Source: Eledone cirrhosa (taxonomy: Eukaryota). From it: DNA of 64,000 nucleotides. The DNA lies in NCBI GenBank assembly GCA_964016885.1, contig OZ024743.1, forward strand, positions 141,236,001 to 141,300,000. Direction: 5' to 3'. The notes under the pieces were generated by a model, which had not been told where the DNA came from, did not search any database, and saw nothing but the letters and a program-made list of their open reading frames with translations. The translations under genes and the position numbers were made by a program. Position 1 is the stretch's first letter. The number at the start of each line of letters is the position of its first letter. Of this stretch, positions 61,011 through 64,000 are shown one piece after another.

Positions 61011-64000
61011 TGCTTGGTGTTAAGTGTTTGGTGCATGGTGCTTGGTGTTTGGTGCTTCGTGCTTGGGGCTTGGTGTTTGGTGCATGGTGCTTGATGTTTG
61101 GGGCTTGGTGCCTGGTGCTTGGTGTTTGGTGCTTGGTGCTTGGTGCTTGGTGTTTGGTGTTTGGTGCTTGGTGCTTGGTGTTTGGTGCTTGGTGTTTGGT
61201 GCTTGGTGTTCCGTGCTTGGTGCTTGGTGCTTGGTACTTGGTGTTAGGTTTTTGGTGCTTGGGGCTTGGTGTTTGGTGTTTGGTGCTTGGTGCTTGGTGT
61301 TTGGTGTTTGGTGCTTGGTGTTTGGTGCTTGGTGCTTTGTGCTTGGTGTTTGGTGCTGGGTGTATGGTGTTTGGTGCTTGGTGCTTGGTGCTTGGTGTTT
61401 GGTGTTTGGTGCTTGGTACTTGGTGTTTGGTGTTTGATGCTTGGTGTTTGATGCTTGTTGCTTGGTGCTTGGTGTTTTGTGTTTGGTGTTTGGTGCTTGG
61501 TGTTTGGTGCTTGGTGCTTGGTGTTTGGTGCTTGGTGTTTGGTGTTTGGTGCTTGGTGTTTGTTACTTGGTGCTTGGTGCTTGGTGTTAAGTGTTTGGTG
61601 CTTGGTGCTTGGTGTTTGGTGCTTCGTGCTTGGTGCTTGGTGTCTGGTGCATGGTGCTTGGTGTTTGAGGCTTGGTGCCTGGTGCTTTGTGTTTGGTGCT
61701 AGGTGCTTGGTGCTTGGTCTTTGGTGTTTGGTGTTGGTGCTTGGTGCTTGGTGTTTGGTGCTTGGTGATTGGTGCTTGGTGCTTGGTTATTAGTGTTTGG
61801 TGCTTGGTGCTTGTGGTTTGGTGTTTGGTGCTTGGTGCTTGGTGTTTGGTGTTTGCTGCATGGTGTTTGCTGTTTCGTGTTTGGTGTTTGCTGTTTGGTG
61901 TTTAATGCTTGGTGCTTGGTGTTTGGTGATTGGTGTTTGGTGTTTGGTGTTTGGTGCTTGCTGTTTGGTGCTTGGTGCTTGGTGTTTGGTGTTTGGTGTT
62001 TGGTGCTTGGTGCTTGGTGTTTGGTGCTTGGTGCTTGGTGCAGGGTGTTTGGTGCTTGGTGCTTGGTGTTTGGTGCTTGGTGCTTGATGCTTGGTGATTG
62101 GTGTTTGTTGTTTGGTGCTTGGTGCTTGGTGTTTGGTGCTTGGTGCTTGCTGTTTGGTGTTTGGTGTTTGGTGCTTGGTGCTTGGTCTTTGGTGTTTGGT
62201 GTTTGGTGTTTGGTGCTAGGTGCTTGGTGTTTGGTGCTTGGTGTTTGGTGCTTGGTGTTCGGTGCTTGGTGCTTGGTGCTTGGTACTTGGTGTTAGGTTT
62301 TTGGTGCTTGGGGCTTGGTGTTTGGTGTTTGGTGCTTGGTGCTTGGTATTTGGTGTTTGGTGCTTGGTGTTTGGTGTTTGGTGCTTTGTGCTTGGTGTTT
62401 GGTGCTGGGTGTATGGTGTTTGGTGCTTGGTGCTTGGTGCTTGGTGTTTGGTGTTTGGTGCTTGGTACTTGGTGTTTGGTGTTTGATGCTTGGTGTTTGA
62501 TGCTTGTTGCTTGGTGCTTGGTGTTTTGTGTTTGGTGTTTGGTGCTTGGTGTATGTACTTGGTGCTTGGTGCTTGGTGTTTGGTGCTTGGTTCTTGGTGT
62601 TTGGTGCTTGGTGCTTGGTGCTTGGTGTTTGGTGCTTGGTGCTTGGTGTTTGGTGCTTGGTGTTTGGTGTTTGGTGCTTGGTGTTTGGTACTTGGTGCTT
62701 GGTGCTTGGTTTTAAGTGTTTAGTGCTTGGTGCTTGGTGTTTGGTGCTTCGTGCTTGGTGCTTGGTGTTTGGTGCATGGTGCTTGGTGTTTGGGGCTTGG
62801 TGCCTGGTGCTTTGTGTTTGGTGCTAGGAGCTTGGTGCTTGGTCTTTGGTGCTTGGTGCTTGGTGCTTGGTGCTTGGTGTTTGGTGCTTGGTGCTTGGTG
62901 CTTGGTTATTAGTGTTTGGTGCTTGGTGCTTGGGGTTTGGTGTTTGGTGCTTGGTGCTTGGTGTTTGGTGTTTGCTGTATGGTGTTTGCTGTTTGGTGTT
63001 TGGTGTTTGCTGTTTGGTGTTTAATGCTTGGTGCTTGGTGCTTGGTGTTTGGTGGTTGGTGCTTGGTGCTTGGTGTTTGGCGTTTGCTCTTTGCTGTTTG
63101 GTGTTTGGTGCTTGCTGTTTGGTGGTTGGTGTTTGGTGTTTGGTGTTTGGTGCTTGCTGTTTGGTGCTTGGTGCTTGGTGTTTGGTGTTTGGTGTTTGGT
63201 GCTTGGTGCTTGGTGTTTGGTGGTTGGTGCTTGGTGCTGGGTGTTTGGTGCTTGTTGCTTGGTGCTTGGTGCTTGGTGCTTGGTGCTTGGTGCTTGGTCT
63301 TTGGTGCTTGGTGTTTGGTGTTTGGTGCTTGGTGCTTGGTGTTTGGTGCTTGGGGCTTGGTGTTTGGTGCTTGGTGATTGCTGCTTGGTGTTTGGTGTTT
63401 GGTGCTTGGTGCTTGGTGCTTGGTGATTAGTGTTTGGTGCTTGGTGCTTGGTGCCTTGTGCTTGGTGCTTGGTGCTTGTTGTTTGGTGCTTGGTGCTTGG
63501 TGATTAGTGTTTGGTGCTTGGTGCTTGGTGCCTGGTGCTTGGTGCTTGTTGTTTGGTGTTTGGTGTTTGGTGCTTGGTGTTTGGTGCTGGGTGCTTTGTG
63601 CTTGGTGTTTGGTGCTGGGTGCTTGGTGTTTGGTGTTTGGTGCTTGGTGTTTGGTGCTGGGTGCTTTGTGCTTGGTGTTTGGTGCTGGGTGTATGGTGTT
63701 TGGTGCTTGGTGCTTGGTGCTTGGTGTTTGGTGTTTGGTGCTTGGTACTTGGTGTTTGGTGTTTGATGCTTGGTGTTTGATGCTTGTTGCTTGGTGCTTG
63801 GTGTTTTGTGTTTGGTGTTTGGTACTTGGTGTATGTACTTGGTGCTTGGTGCTTGGTGTTTGGTGCTTGGTTCTTGGTGTTTGGTGCTTGGTGCTTGGTG
63901 TTTGGTGCTTGGTGTTTGGTGTTTGGTGCCTGGTGTTTGGTACTTGGTGCTTGGTGCTTGGTGTTAAGTGTTTGGTGCTTGGTGCTTGGTGTTTGGTGCT

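Larger units (their letters stand above)
1..64000 (+). repeat. Heptameric tandem satellite array (TTGGTGY)n, about 9,100 monomers, GT-rich strand on +, truncated by both window edges
   Basis: Every line parses into TTGGTGC/TTGGTGT monomers plus mostly single-substitution variants (TTGATGC, TTGTTGT, TTGCTGY, TTTGTGY, TTGGTAC, TTAGTGY, TAAGTGT, CTGGTGC, TTCGTGY). No unique sequence or inverted block was seen. All ORF frames give the same 7-aa period. Confidence 0.99.
15300..64000 (+). repeat. Satellite subfamily domain B (left boundary approximate)
   Basis: Diagnostic variants TGGGTGT-ATGGTGT (first near 15625), TTGGTTA-TTAGTGT (first near 16150), TTAATGC (first at 16268) and TTGGCGT-TTGCTCT (first at 16324) recur to the end of the window. 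I did not find them in the first 14 kb. Confidence 0.8.

Noticed and set aside
1283-63838. CRISPR-like reading: conserved TTGATGC...ATGTAC cassette as repeat with variable spacers
   Set aside because: The intervening DNA is the same satellite, 0.26-2.8 kb long, and not unique 25-45 bp spacers. There is no leader or cas gene.
2-63967. Hundreds of + strand ORFs encoding hydrophobic LVLGAWC/LVFGVWC repeats that look like membrane proteins
   Set aside because: A 7-bp unit without stop codons yields the same 7-aa repeat in all three frames. The ORFs overlap in every frame, begin and end at random variants, and show no unique domain or frame preference.
1-64000. Synthetic or data-encoding DNA (C/T as bits), or a base-calling artefact
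   Set aside because: Nested duplications with graded divergence, shared rare variants and subfamily domains are what natural satellite turnover produces. Errors would not recur at homologous positions kilobases apart. Raw reads are still needed for formal exclusion.

Overview
The whole 64 kb window is one uninterrupted, single-orientation tandem satellite array. It is built from a 7-bp monomer, TTGGTGY (TTGGTGC and TTGGTGT interspersed; reverse complement RCACCAA), about 9,100 copies (64000/7), and it runs off both ends of the window. I see no unique sequence, credible gene, RNA gene, transposon or CRISPR array. All listed ORFs follow from a stop-free heptamer, which reads as LV[LF]G[AV]WC on + and TKHQ[AT]P[SN] on - in every frame. 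The informative content is the internal architecture, read from rare variant monomers. (1) The 7-bp register is kept almost perfectly, except for a recurrent 6-bp monomer, ATGTAC (57 copies by my manual count), and 8 other single-base slips. (2) A stereotyped cassette of variant monomers recurs at about 0.6-0.7 kb and is nested in 2-3 kb and 5-6 kb higher-order blocks. (3) There are several recent kb-scale duplications, including a 5,587-bp head-to-tail one. (4) Two array subfamilies with different diagnostic variants meet at about 14.4-15.6 kb. The array is most likely eukaryotic heterochromatic DNA (centromeric, pericentromeric or subtelomeric). Organism and function cannot be determined from this window, and I find no support for a new protein-coding system.
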